A DNA stretch of 64,000 bases from an uncultured Acidobacteriota bacterium (GTDB taxonomy: Bacteria > Acidobacteriota > Terriglobia > Terriglobales > Acidobacteriaceae): positions 89,406-153,405 of the forward strand of contig CAVTMJ010000011.1 in NCBI GenBank assembly GCA_963735815.1, written 5' to 3'. The translations under genes and the position numbers were made by a program. Below the pieces are notes generated by a model that was not told the origin of the DNA, made no database searches, and saw nothing but the letters and a program-made list of their open reading frames with translations. Below are positions 16,428-25,987 of the stretch, in pieces; within the stretch, counting starts at the first letter, position 1; every line of letters begins with the position of its first letter.

Positions 16428-16921
16428 GGCGCATGGCGAGTGCGATTTGCACAATGAGGCGATTGTAGGGACCATATCGATACAAGTCATGGTCAGTAGT
16501 CACCAGTTTTGGTGACGGTTCCCACATCCGACGAGTGGAATGACAATGTGAAAAAGCTGGATGTTGGGATGAAATGCTGAAACCGCCGATGCCGGGTCCT
16601 ACTTCGCAACAGCTACACAGAGGAGCAGTTAGCAATCGCTCCAATTCCGATGCAGGGTGCTGGATGAAGAATTTCGCAGTCGGGCAAGTCCACGAAAGTA
16701 GCGCATACCTGAGTAGTTAACCCGGCAGGAGTTTCCGTCTTGCTCTTGCGGCCTTCCACAGAATGCTAAATGCAATCGGAAGGGTACCCTGCGCTCGGAA
16801 GGCTAGCTCGTGTGCCATAGGAACAAGGATGCCCACCCACGTAGACAACACAGGCTATGTCTTGCTGAAAATGGCGAGTGGCCGTAGGTTGCAGAAGCAC
16901 GGTAATGGAAAGCGGCGCGGT

Positions 16922-17707
16922 ATGGAAATGAAGCCCCCTTCCCCAGTTCTGCTGGCTGTTTTCGTTACGGTGCTACTGATGAATGTGTTCGAAGTCGCCG
17001 GCGCCCAGGAAACAGGCCCGAACCCGGGGGTTCAAAGGGAACCTGTCTCTCCGGCTGCGAGTGTTCCGGAGGGTATTGGGGCAGCGGCTTCACAGCCCGG
17101 TAGAGCGGACGGCACGGGAAACCCAGTGCTCGGAAGGGATCGCCGTCCACTCTACCGATTCAACAAGAGCGACGTAGTTGAAATCAGTTTTGCGTTTGCC
17201 TCCGAATTTAATCAAACAGCGACTGTCCAGCCGGACGGGTACATCACTTTAAGAGACGCGGGCCACCTGGTAGCCGAAGGTCTTACCGCCGAGGAACTGG
17301 AGGCTGCCATCGCGGCGGCCTACGGAAAGCTGCTGCACGATCCTCGCATCACGGTGGGGCTGAAAGATTTTGACCGTCCCTATTTCATTGCCGCAGGCGA
17401 GGTGGGCCGGCCCGGCAAGTACGAGTTGCGCGGCCCGATCTCGATTTCGGCCGCGGTAGCAATCGCCGGCGGGTTTAACGAGCACGCCAAGCATTCGCAG
17501 GTGGTGCTCTTCCGGCACGTCAATGCAGACCTGGTAGAAGCGCACGTTTTGAATGTGAAGGAGATGCTGAAGCACCACAATCTGGACGAGGATCCCCTGC
17601 TGCAAGCCGGAGACTACGTGTTCGTTCCACGCAGTACGATCTCCAAGATCATGCGATTCATGCCCGCCACAAGCATGGGGATGTATTCCACCTCAGCCAG
17701 ATTCTGA
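16922..17707 (+). CDS. polysaccharide export protein (Wza-like; Poly_export + SLBB)
   Basis: A signal peptide (MEMKPPSPVLLAVFVTVLLMNVFEVAGA), then YRFNKSDVVEISF...TVQPDGYITL...GLTAEELEAAI...AGEVGRPGKYEL...GDYVFVP. Confidence 0.85.
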   Translation: MEMKPPSPVLLAVFVTVLLMNVFEVAGAQETGPNPGVQREPVSPAASVPEGIGAAASQPGRADGTGNPVLGRDRRPLYRFNKSDVVEISFAFASEFNQTATVQPDGYITLRDAGHLVAEGLTAEELEAAIAAAYGKLLHDPRITVGLKDFDRPYFIAAGEVGRPGKYELRGPISISAAVAIAGGFNEHAKHSQVVLFRHVNADLVEAHVLNVKEMLKHHNLDEDPLLQAGDYVFVPRSTISKIMRFMPATSMGMYSTSARF

Positions 17708-17738
17708 TCCGGCGCGGTCGCCGGGATGCTTATGCAGA

Positions 17739-19232
17739 GTGCTTATGACCGAGGAGATGGCTGCAGTCCGCGATCAACCTGGCGATCCGGCACCTCCCAC
17801 TCTACGTGATCTACTGGCGGTTGTGTTCCGGCAACGCCGGGTTGCGACAGGCACGTTCCTGGCGGTGCTTGTTCTGACCGGAATCTACGCGTGGATCACA
17901 CCCGCTTACCAGGCCCACATGAAGGTCCTGCTGCGGCGGAGCCGGGTGGATGCCGTCGTCACTCCAGAGCAGAGTTCGCCAGTCTCTTTTGCCCGGACGC
18001 AGATCGGCGAGGAGGAAGTGAATTCCGAGATCGAGCTTTTGCGCGATCAGGAAGTTTTACAGAAAGTAGTGGAGCAGAACGGTCTCGCCACTACGCTGAA
18101 CAAACCAAAGCTGGGTGCGAATCCAGATATCGTTCGAGTTGCGCGGGCAGTGCGACAGCTTGCCAATCGCCTTAAAGTTGAGGCAATCCGCAAAACGAAT
18201 CTGATTTCCGTCACCTACAACGCTTCCGATCCCGCCGTCGCCGCAAGGGTTTTGAGCAGCCTGGCCTCGGCTTATCTGGAAAAACACAAAGCCGTGCGGA
18301 GATCAGCGGAAGAGTTGCCCTTCTTCGAACAGCAAACCAAGCGTTCGCGCGGGCAGTTGGACGTAGCCGAAACGCGGCTGCTGAATTTCAGTGACCAGCG
18401 AGGTGTCGTGTCAGGGGCTCTCGAAAGAGATCTCGCGCTCCAACGAGCCGGGGAAATCGAGAACAGCCACCAACAGGTTCTGGTCGCCATCCAGGAAACT
18501 TCCCGACGCACGCAGGAACTGCGGGGCAAGCTGAAATCGCTTCCGGAACGCAGCACATCGGCCATTCGCACTTCGGATAACCCGCAGTTGCTTGAGGTCC
18601 TGAAAGGCAAGCTGCTGGAACTGCAGCTTAAGAAGACGGAGCTGCTCACCAAGTTCCAGCCCTCTTACCCGCTGGTGGAGCAGGTTCAGACCCAGATCGA
18701 TCAGGCCAGGGTGTCCATCGCTGCGGAGGAACTGGCTCCAGTGCGGGAGGAAACTACCGAGAAGGATCCAAACTTCGAGTGGGTGAAGTCGGAACTCGGG
18801 AAAGCGGAGGTGGAGTTGGGTGCGCTGTGCGCACGCGAGCGGGCCATCGGTACGCAATTGGCGATCGCACACGGTCAGGCTCGACAGCTGGGTGAGGCGG
18901 CGATTCGTCAGCAGGATTTGCTGCGAGGGATGAAAACAGCCGAGGAAAGCTATCTGTTGTACGCAAAGAAGAGCGAGGAGGCAAGGATCAGTGACGCACT
19001 GGACGAGCGTGGCATCGTTAACGTGATTCTGGCCGAGCCGCCGATAGCTCCTGTCCTTCCCAGGCGCTCAGCGTGGATGTGGCTGCTATGGGGTGTGGCG
19101 ATGGCGACCACGGCCAGCGTTGCAATGACCTTCGTGGTCGACTACGTCGACCCGGCGTTTCGGACTCCCCAGGAAATAGTGACGTACCTGCGCGCACCGG
19201 TACTGGCGTCGCTGCCGAGGGAAGCCGCATGA
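17739..19232 (+). CDS. polysaccharide chain-length determinant / co-polymerase (Wzz/GumC family, no kinase domain)
   Basis: An N-terminal TM segment with a Wzz motif (LRDLLAVVFRQRRV...TGIYAWITPAYQA), a long coiled-coil periplasmic region and a C-terminal TM helix. An alternative ATG lies at 17745. Confidence 0.85.
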   Translation: MLMTEEMAAVRDQPGDPAPPTLRDLLAVVFRQRRVATGTFLAVLVLTGIYAWITPAYQAHMKVLLRRSRVDAVVTPEQSSPVSFARTQIGEEEVNSEIELLRDQEVLQKVVEQNGLATTLNKPKLGANPDIVRVARAVRQLANRLKVEAIRKTNLISVTYNASDPAVAARVLSSLASAYLEKHKAVRRSAEELPFFEQQTKRSRGQLDVAETRLLNFSDQRGVVSGALERDLALQRAGEIENSHQQVLVAIQETSRRTQELRGKLKSLPERSTSAIRTSDNPQLLEVLKGKLLELQLKKTELLTKFQPSYPLVEQVQTQIDQARVSIAAEELAPVREETTEKDPNFEWVKSELGKAEVELGALCARERAIGTQLAIAHGQARQLGEAAIRQQDLLRGMKTAEESYLLYAKKSEEARISDALDERGIVNVILAEPPIAPVLPRRSAWMWLLWGVAMATTASVAMTFVVDYVDPAFRTPQEIVTYLRAPVLASLPREAA

Positions 19233-19963
19233 CTGCCGGTATTGGCGTATTGCGGAACCTTCTGCCTGCAGAGGCCGTCGTGGACCGGGAGGCAGTCGGA
19301 TCAGCACCGGTGGATGTGCCGGGATGGGAGTGGAATCCGAAAAGGTATGCGGAAGCACAAATCCGCGGACTCGTGCGCCGCGTTTTTTCGCCGGGATGGC
19401 CGCGGCCGGCCAAGCAAGTGGTGTTCAGTGCCGCAGATGGCGGAATGGATATTGCGGACGTGTGTTTCAGGACCGCGGAAACATTGGCTGCGGACGGCGC
19501 CCAGAATGTTTGCCTGGTGGAGACCGATTGGGATGGTCGGCCACTGGAGCAGCGATACGGGAGGACCAGCAACGACGGCAATGTCAGCTTTGAGGCAACC
19601 GGGGCGGTGCGAACGTCCTCCCGCCAGATTAAGAAAGGTGTTTGGCTGGTGCCGGTAGTGGTATTTCTCGGTACACCAGAGAACTTGCACAACCCCGCGG
19701 TGCTGCGCAGCCGCCTGGGACAATTGCGGCGCGAGTTCGATTACGCGGTGATTCATTCAGCTCCGGTCGGGGAATCAGAAGCTGCGTCCCTGCTGGGAAG
19801 TCTGGTGGACGGGTTGCTCCTGGCAGTGGAAGCTCATCGAACCCGACGCAGGACTGCCCTCCGAATCCGTGAACACTTGCTATCGGCGAATGTGCGGTTC
19901 TTAGGCGTGGTGTTGCAGGACCGGACGTTTCCAATTCCGGAGAGGCTGTACCGCAGACTTTAG
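19229..19963 (+). CDS. BY-kinase/ParA-fold-like protein lacking Walker A and B residues (probable pseudokinase)
   Basis: It is collinear with CpsD/Wzc kinase domains (KQVVFSAADGG...CLVETDW...FDYAVIHSAP...GLLLAVEAH...FLGVVLQD). It has no GK[ST] P-loop and no Tyr-rich tail. Its ATG overlaps the upstream stop (ATGA). Confidence 0.6.
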   Translation: MTAGIGVLRNLLPAEAVVDREAVGSAPVDVPGWEWNPKRYAEAQIRGLVRRVFSPGWPRPAKQVVFSAADGGMDIADVCFRTAETLAADGAQNVCLVETDWDGRPLEQRYGRTSNDGNVSFEATGAVRTSSRQIKKGVWLVPVVVFLGTPENLHNPAVLRSRLGQLRREFDYAVIHSAPVGESEAASLLGSLVDGLLLAVEAHRTRRRTALRIREHLLSANVRFLGVVLQDRTFPIPERLYRRL

Positions 19964-20078
19964 GCTTCAAAAGTCATGAGCGACGCTAACCGTCGCAGGA
20001 ATGCACTTGTTCTTTGTAACAGTGAGACCTCCGATCGCAAAGGCGCTCGCGACACGATCGGGGCAACGAGTCGGCGCC

Positions 20079-20264
20079 ATGAACTGGATTGCAGAGTTCG
20101 ATACCACCACGATTGAAGGTGGAGAGTTCAGCTGGTACGCGATTGAAACGAGACCGCGGTCGCCGATGGAGGTCCCACAGCAAATCTCCCCTTCAGGAAC
20201 TCGATCGAATCCGCGCAGGATTCGCTGTCAACAAATCGCAGAGTGTGAACGGGAGTTTGTCTAG
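20079..20264 (+). CDS. short ORF with a NusG/RfaH (NGN)-like N-terminal signature, possibly a relic
   Basis: MNWIAEFDTTTIEGGEFSWYAIETRPRSPMEV resembles the WYA(L/V)xT(R/K)xRxE start of NusG paralogs found at polysaccharide loci. It is only 61 aa with no KOW. Confidence 0.2.
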   Translation: MNWIAEFDTTTIEGGEFSWYAIETRPRSPMEVPQQISPSGTRSNPRRIRCQQIAECEREFV

Positions 20265-21868
20265 TGGCGGTTGCCGCAATTCGACCTCAGCCCTCGCTTG
20301 ATCAAGCTGCTTGCGTTGCGCGCTTGATCCCCGGACAAAGCCTGGACAGGCCGAGACAACGGATGGGCCCGCAGGCGGTTCTGGCCGACGGTACGCTTCG
20401 ACGGGCAACCGAGGGAGATTCCCAAGCATTTCCAGGACGCTGGCTCGCAGAATTTCTTCTGCCAACACCTTTCTCAGGAAACGATCGTCATGGACTGTGC
20501 CCAGCACTGATCGCAGATTATGCGTGCGTTTTGACCAGCTGGCTTGGCCTTGCCTGCCTTCGAAGCATTGGGACCGCGGGTGTTTCGGCATTCCAATCCA
20601 CAGAAGATTTTGTCCCCAACACGAGATGGCTAGGCACGGCCATGCTCTTCGCTCTCGTTATGACACTGTTGGGATATTCGCAGGGTCTCTACCGGCAACT
20701 GCGCGGCGGAGGCCTGACTTCGACCGCGATCCTGGCCAAGGCCGTTGCGTGGACAACGGTTCTAGTGGGCGCTTGTGTACGACTGGTGGGAGCCTCCGAA
20801 CCCTCCATGGGGTGGATCACTGGCTCTGCTTTGCTGACCTTTGCTGCACTTGCCTGGTGGAGAGTCTGGTGCTCGCATGGAAAGGTCGGTGGAAGACAGC
20901 GGCCGGCACGAAATGTCCTGGTGGTAGGTACCACAGCCGCAGCCCGGAGAGTAGTCGCCCACATTCACCAGCATCCTGAGTTGCGAAAAGCGGTGCGAGG
21001 CTCTCTCGTTGAGGACAGCATCCTGACTCTCGGCCTCCCCTGCCTTGGGACCAGGCTGGCGACCATGGCACGCACCGAGTTCGTGGATGAAGTGATCCTG
21101 GCAGCGCCCATTCGCCGGGAGATTGCACAGACCGTGATTCGGGAAGCCCGGAGAAATCATCTCGACGTGAAGGCGGTGCCGGACCTTTACGGATGCGACG
21201 TTCGCGAGCAAGGAATCGAAGACCTGGGATTCGGGCCGCTGGTTACGTTGCATGAGGAAACATTGCCGCGGGCTGGATTATTTCTGAAGAGACTTCTCGA
21301 TGTAGTGCTGTCCGGCTGCGCCCTGCTTGTCTCCGGACCATTGATGGTCGCGATAGCTTGCCTGGTGAAGATCGATACACCAGGACCAGCGCTATACAGC
21401 GCGCTGCGGGTGGGCAGGAAAGGAAAGCGCTTTCGGTGCCACAAGTTTCGGACCATGGTGGTGAATGCCGGAGACTTCAAAGAAGACTTACGAAAACACA
21501 ATGGGCGCGAGGGGCCGACTTTCAAGATCGTAAGGGATCCGCGTATCACGCAAGTGGGCGGCTGGCTGCGGCGCTACAGCCTCGATGAACTCCCACAACT
21601 GTGGAACGTGTTCATCGGCGACATGAGCCTGGTGGGGCCGCGCCCGCATCCGCTCGACGATTTCGAGCGCTACGAACTGGAGCACCTGCGTCGCCTCGAT
21701 GTAACGCCTGGAATTACCGGGCTGTGGCAGGTGACCGCCCGGCACAGCCCGTCCTTTCATATCAACATGGCGCTTGATCTCGAATACATCGAGCGCTGGA
21801 GTCTGTGGATGGACCTGAAGATCCTGCTACGCACCGTAGCGGTGGTCCTGCAGGGGACGGGCGCGTGA
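20264..21868 (+). CDS. exopolysaccharide priming polyprenyl glycosylphosphotransferase (Bac_transf; WbaP/EpsB-like)
   Basis: The C-terminal domain reads LKRLLDVVLSGCALLVSGPLMVAIA...RCHKFRTM...GPTFKIVRDPRITQVGGWLRRYSLDELPQLWNVFIGDMSLVGPRP. The start is uncertain (GTG 20264 or ATG 20363). Confidence 0.85.
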   Translation: MAVAAIRPQPSLDQAACVARLIPGQSLDRPRQRMGPQAVLADGTLRRATEGDSQAFPGRWLAEFLLPTPFSGNDRHGLCPALIADYACVLTSWLGLACLRSIGTAGVSAFQSTEDFVPNTRWLGTAMLFALVMTLLGYSQGLYRQLRGGGLTSTAILAKAVAWTTVLVGACVRLVGASEPSMGWITGSALLTFAALAWWRVWCSHGKVGGRQRPARNVLVVGTTAAARRVVAHIHQHPELRKAVRGSLVEDSILTLGLPCLGTRLATMARTEFVDEVILAAPIRREIAQTVIREARRNHLDVKAVPDLYGCDVREQGIEDLGFGPLVTLHEETLPRAGLFLKRLLDVVLSGCALLVSGPLMVAIACLVKIDTPGPALYSALRVGRKGKRFRCHKFRTMVVNAGDFKEDLRKHNGREGPTFKIVRDPRITQVGGWLRRYSLDELPQLWNVFIGDMSLVGPRPHPLDDFERYELEHLRRLDVTPGITGLWQVTARHSPSFHINMALDLEYIERWSLWMDLKILLRTVAVVLQGTGA

Positions 21869-23178
21869 TCACCGATGCCGGTGCCATGAGTCCTTCCTCG
21901 CGGGCTGCTGCTTATGGTGGTTCGTTTGTCACGGTTGTTTTCGCGCCGTTGCAGGCTGCAATGGCCGCTCCTGCCGTCCTGTACATCGCTACGTTGACGG
22001 TGTTTCTGTTTCGACCCCCCGCACTCGAATTTCATTTTGTCGACCGGATCGCGTTGGGTCTCCTCGTTTTAGTCGTTGGCCTGCGTGGAGTGGTCCTGCA
22101 TCAGTCTCCGCTGCGAAGTGGTTTGACCTGGCCGATGGCCGGCCTCGCGGTGCTGGCAATCGCCGGAATGGTTCACCACTCGTCAGAGGTGAGCACCTGG
22201 AGCGTGCTGGCTGCGAAATTCTTCGTACCATTCATTTTGTTCCAGATCGCGGGCCTGGTATTTCGGGATGTGCGGTCACTTCGTTGGCTGGAGCGATTCT
22301 TTCTGATTGTGTTGGCGTACTTGAGCTTTGTCTCCGTTGCCCACCTGGTGGGCGCATACGAGTTGGTATTTCCGCCATTCATTCTTAACGAAAGTATGGG
22401 CATCCACGCGGATCGTGCGCGAGGGCCTTTCCTGCAGGCAGTCGCCAACGGGGTAACGATCAACATGCTCGCGCTGATCGCAATCGACTGCTATCGCAAA
22501 AGGAGTCTGCGCGGCGTCGCCGCGTTCGCGCTCCTGGCTTCCCTGCCGTTGGCTATCGTGGCTACGAAAACGCGCGGAGTATGGCTTTCGTTTGCGGTGT
22601 CAGCGCTGTGGCTGTTCTCGAAGATAGGGGAAAAGAGGCTTCGTCACGCGGCTCTGGGCTTTGGGGTTGTCGCTACCCTTGCTAGTCTGGCAGCGATCGA
22701 ATTCGGCAATGGCGGACGCGCCTTGCAGGACCGGCTGCAGGAAAGCGGCGCCGTTGAGTTCCGCATGGCGGCCTATCGGGCGGGTTGGGAGATGTTTTTG
22801 GAGCGACCGCTGCTGGGATGGGGGACGCAGGACTTGCAGATCGAGCTCGCGCGAAGAATCAGAGGCTTTCAAGGCGGCTCGTTCGCGGTGCACAACACGT
22901 ATCTCGATGTGCTTCTCGAGCAGGGAGCGGTGGGGCTTGGACTGTATCTGTGGTTGATTGTGGCGCTGTTCCGACTGGGAAGAAATGGGACGCAGAATTC
23001 AGACCCTGTTGTGAGTTCAATTCGCAACGTGTGGCCGCTGCTGCTGGCGGTGTATTTCGTCAACGCAACCTTTGTGGTGATGAACTATCAGTTCGTGAAT
23101 GGATTGTTGTTCACGGGTGCGGGCATCCTTGCGGTGCATTGCTCAACCACAGGCCCGCGGCTCTTGAGGCTGCGATGA
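21865..23178 (+). CDS. O-antigen ligase-like (Wzy_C) membrane protein, probable EPS polymerase
   Basis: About 10 TM helices, a periplasmic loop ...HADRARGPF... and TKTRGVWLSFAVSALW typical of the Wzy_C family. Its GTG overlaps the upstream stop (GTGA); an alternative ATG lies at 21886. Confidence 0.7.
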   Translation: MITDAGAMSPSSRAAAYGGSFVTVVFAPLQAAMAAPAVLYIATLTVFLFRPPALEFHFVDRIALGLLVLVVGLRGVVLHQSPLRSGLTWPMAGLAVLAIAGMVHHSSEVSTWSVLAAKFFVPFILFQIAGLVFRDVRSLRWLERFFLIVLAYLSFVSVAHLVGAYELVFPPFILNESMGIHADRARGPFLQAVANGVTINMLALIAIDCYRKRSLRGVAAFALLASLPLAIVATKTRGVWLSFAVSALWLFSKIGEKRLRHAALGFGVVATLASLAAIEFGNGGRALQDRLQESGAVEFRMAAYRAGWEMFLERPLLGWGTQDLQIELARRIRGFQGGSFAVHNTYLDVLLEQGAVGLGLYLWLIVALFRLGRNGTQNSDPVVSSIRNVWPLLLAVYFVNATFVVMNYQFVNGLLFTGAGILAVHCSTTGPRLLRLR

Positions 23179-24713
23179 GTTCACACACACGGCATACTGC
23201 GATCACGCAGCCTCAGGACGGTGCAACCGCCATCGCGGTCAACCAGTTCCCATCCCCAGGCAGCGCTCCCGACCTGACGATCCTTACGACCAGGGGTGGC
23301 CTCTATCTGGGCTTCCGGTATGGGCTGGGCATCCTCGTAAGCTTCGTGAACATGCTGGTGATGACCCGATGGATTGGGCCGCACGCTTACGGAATATTCG
23401 TAACCGCTCTGGGACTGTCTGCTTTCTTGGCCGCGTTCACGCGTGGCGGGATTGACACCTACCTCATACGCTCGGAACGTCCCCCAGATTCACATTCCTA
23501 CGACATCGCAAACACGCTAGTCGTGGGATTTTCAATCGTACTGATGGCCTCGGGCGCCGCGGTTGCCCCACTGCTGACGAAGTGGTATGGGAGCCGTGAA
23601 TTTGTGGCGCCATTCCTCGTCACACTGCTGACCGTGCCATTAGTGGGACTTGCCGGGCCGGCGACCGCGAAGCTGGAACGGGAACTTAATTTTCGGGCGG
23701 TGGCGGGAATCGAACTGGGAGGGCAGATTCTCGCACTAGCCGTCGGGGTGGGGTTGGCCTGGTGGGGATGCGGAGTATGGGCTCCGGTTGCAGGATTGCT
23801 GGCTTGGCAGTTGTGGGCCGCCGCGGGCGCACTGCGAGCGGCGGACCTCACGCCGCACTTTCGCTTCGACGCGGCCGAGGCGCAAAGAATGCTGTCGTTT
23901 GGTTTGGGATACAGCGCGTCGCTCCGCATATGGCAGATGCGCACCCTGGTAAATCCATTGATTGTGGGCCGCTTCGCAGGCGCCGAGGGAGTGGCCTTTG
24001 TGGCGCTGGCAATCCGCTTCGCTGAGGGACTGGGCTTCGTTCGCAATGCCGCAGGACGGCTGGCGATTGCGACTTTATCCCGCCTGCAACACGATCGGCG
24101 CCGCTTTCAGTCGGCCCTCGAGAACGCACTGAAGCTTCAGGTGTGGTCTCTCGGGCTGATGCTGTCCGCCTTCGCATTGATTGCGCCCGTGATTCTTCCC
24201 CGAATGATCGGCGTGCGCTGGATGCCCAGTTTAAGGATTTATCCCTTCATCGCCGCGGGAGTGCTTATGAATTCGGTGTACAACCTGCAGGCATCCGCCC
24301 TCTACGTCGCGGGCCAGCAGTGGCTGGTCCTGCGGGCATATGCGTTACACGTCATGCTACTGGCAGCGGGAACGCTTCTTCTGCTGCCCGGGCTCGGAAT
24401 AACCGGCTATGGATGGGCCGAGATTGCGGCGTGCGGGGGATACGCACTCCTGCACGCGGGCGGAAGACGATTTGCGCCCGTGTCGTACGGGCACCTGGGA
24501 TGGCCGGCTTTTGTGTTTCTACTGCCGCCTTTCATGTTGCTCTCCCGCGGAGTCTGGGCATGGGCGTTGTGGATTCCTGTGGTTGTGCTTCTGGTCGGCA
24601 AGGCTGGACAAATTGCAGCCAGCGACCGCGTTCCTTTCTCGTTGGCGCATTCTCCGTCGATCGATTTGTCGGTCGAGTCTATTTCGTCCAAATTCACAGG
24701 CACTGGAACGTAG
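23175..24713 (+). CDS. Wzx-type oligosaccharide flippase (MOP superfamily polysaccharide biosynthesis protein)
   Basis: A polytopic membrane protein of about 512 aa placed between the polymerase and glycosyltransferases. Its ATG overlaps the upstream stop (ATGA). Confidence 0.75.
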   Translation: MSSHTRHTAITQPQDGATAIAVNQFPSPGSAPDLTILTTRGGLYLGFRYGLGILVSFVNMLVMTRWIGPHAYGIFVTALGLSAFLAAFTRGGIDTYLIRSERPPDSHSYDIANTLVVGFSIVLMASGAAVAPLLTKWYGSREFVAPFLVTLLTVPLVGLAGPATAKLERELNFRAVAGIELGGQILALAVGVGLAWWGCGVWAPVAGLLAWQLWAAAGALRAADLTPHFRFDAAEAQRMLSFGLGYSASLRIWQMRTLVNPLIVGRFAGAEGVAFVALAIRFAEGLGFVRNAAGRLAIATLSRLQHDRRRFQSALENALKLQVWSLGLMLSAFALIAPVILPRMIGVRWMPSLRIYPFIAAGVLMNSVYNLQASALYVAGQQWLVLRAYALHVMLLAAGTLLLLPGLGITGYGWAEIAACGGYALLHAGGRRFAPVSYGHLGWPAFVFLLPPFMLLSRGVWAWALWIPVVVLLVGKAGQIAASDRVPFSLAHSPSIDLSVESISSKFTGTGT

Positions 24714-24721
24714 GCACTTTG

Positions 24722-25987
24722 GTGATAGTTGCTTACATCACGAATGAGTTTCCCGCAGCGGTTGAATGGTACGTCGTAGATGAGATTCTGGAACTGCGAA
24801 GACGCGGGGTGAAGGTCATACCCTGCAGTGCACGCAAGGCAAGTCCGGAGAGCCTTCCCCCAGACCTTCAGGAACTGGCTCGTCAGACACTTTCTCTGCA
24901 GCCGTTCCGCTGGGTGGTTCTGCTTCTCGCGCTTTGGATGTGTGTGTCGAGGTTCATCGTGATCCGCGATTTGCTGGAGCACGCCGTACTTCAAAGTAGC
25001 GAGCCCCGGAAGCGGCGCATACGGATCTTAGCTCTTACCTTGATGGGGGCATACTACGCGCTGCTGCTGCGAGATCACCGCGTGCAGCATATTCACGTGC
25101 ACCACGGTTATTTCTCCTCATGGATCGCGATGGTCGCGGCACGGTTCCTCGACATCTCGTTCAGCATGACATTGCACGGATCCGACCTGCTGGTACATGG
25201 CTCGCACATGGACGCGAAATTGTCTGCTTGTAAGTTCTGCCTGACCGTGTCGCAGTTCAACCGGCGACACATTCTTGCGCACTACCCGAGCGTGGACTCA
25301 AGGAAAATCATGCTGCGCCGGATGGGAGTGGACATCCCAGCGCCCACGATTCCTGGACTCAGTAACTCGGAAAAGATTCCTGTTTTGCTTGCAGTCGGGC
25401 GCTTGCACCCAGTCAAGGATCATGTGTTCCTGCTGCGGGCGTGTTATCTGCTACGGGAATGCGGCTTGCGGTTTCGATGTCTCATTGTCGGGGACGGCCC
25501 GGAACGCTCAAAACTTCAATTTCTCATTCACGAACTCAGGATCGAAGACCTCGTCACGTTAGTGGGACACGTTCCGCACAACCATGTACCTGGCTATTAC
25601 CGATATGCCGATGTAGTTGTGCTCACCAGCCGAAGCGAGGGCATTCCGCTGGTTTTGATGGAAGCCATGGCCCACGAAACCATCGTGCTTGCGCCCGCCA
25701 TTACGGGCATTCCGGAACTCGTGATTGACGGCAAAACCGGATTTCTTTACGAACCGGGCTCGCTCGAGGACTTCTCCTGGCGCACTGAGCAGATCTGTAA
25801 ATCCTTGAACGCGCTTACCTCGCTGCGGCGGTCGGCTAGGGAACACGTGCGCTCGTACTTTGAAAAGCAAGCGAATCTCAGGCAGTTTGCAGACTTGTTC
25901 CTGGCAAAAATCGAGCGCAGCGATCGCGGATATGCCGATGAAAATCCTGTATTGCAACAAGTACAACTTTCCCTTCAGCGGGACTGA
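24722..25987 (+). CDS. glycosyltransferase family 4 (WcaL-like)
   Basis: VAYITNEFP..., the C-terminal GT1/GT4 core VGRLHPVKDH...LIVGDGPERSKL...VLTSRSEGIPLVLMEAMAHETIVLAPAITGIPELVIDGKTGFLY (EX7E region). GTG/TTG start just after the flippase stop. Confidence 0.82.
   Translation: MIVAYITNEFPAAVEWYVVDEILELRRRGVKVIPCSARKASPESLPPDLQELARQTLSLQPFRWVVLLLALWMCVSRFIVIRDLLEHAVLQSSEPRKRRIRILALTLMGAYYALLLRDHRVQHIHVHHGYFSSWIAMVAARFLDISFSMTLHGSDLLVHGSHMDAKLSACKFCLTVSQFNRRHILAHYPSVDSRKIMLRRMGVDIPAPTIPGLSNSEKIPVLLAVGRLHPVKDHVFLLRACYLLRECGLRFRCLIVGDGPERSKLQFLIHELRIEDLVTLVGHVPHNHVPGYYRYADVVVLTSRSEGIPLVLMEAMAHETIVLAPAITGIPELVIDGKTGFLYEPGSLEDFSWRTEQICKSLNALTSLRRSAREHVRSYFEKQANLRQFADLFLAKIERSDRGYADENPVLQQVQLSLQRD

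Noticed and set aside
24143-24721. An N-terminal 190-aa extension of the GT4 ORF (the ORF track starts at 24143).
   Set aside because: This part overlaps the flippase gene in another frame and is Arg/Ala-rich. GT4 homology starts at VAYITNEFP, right after the flippase stop.
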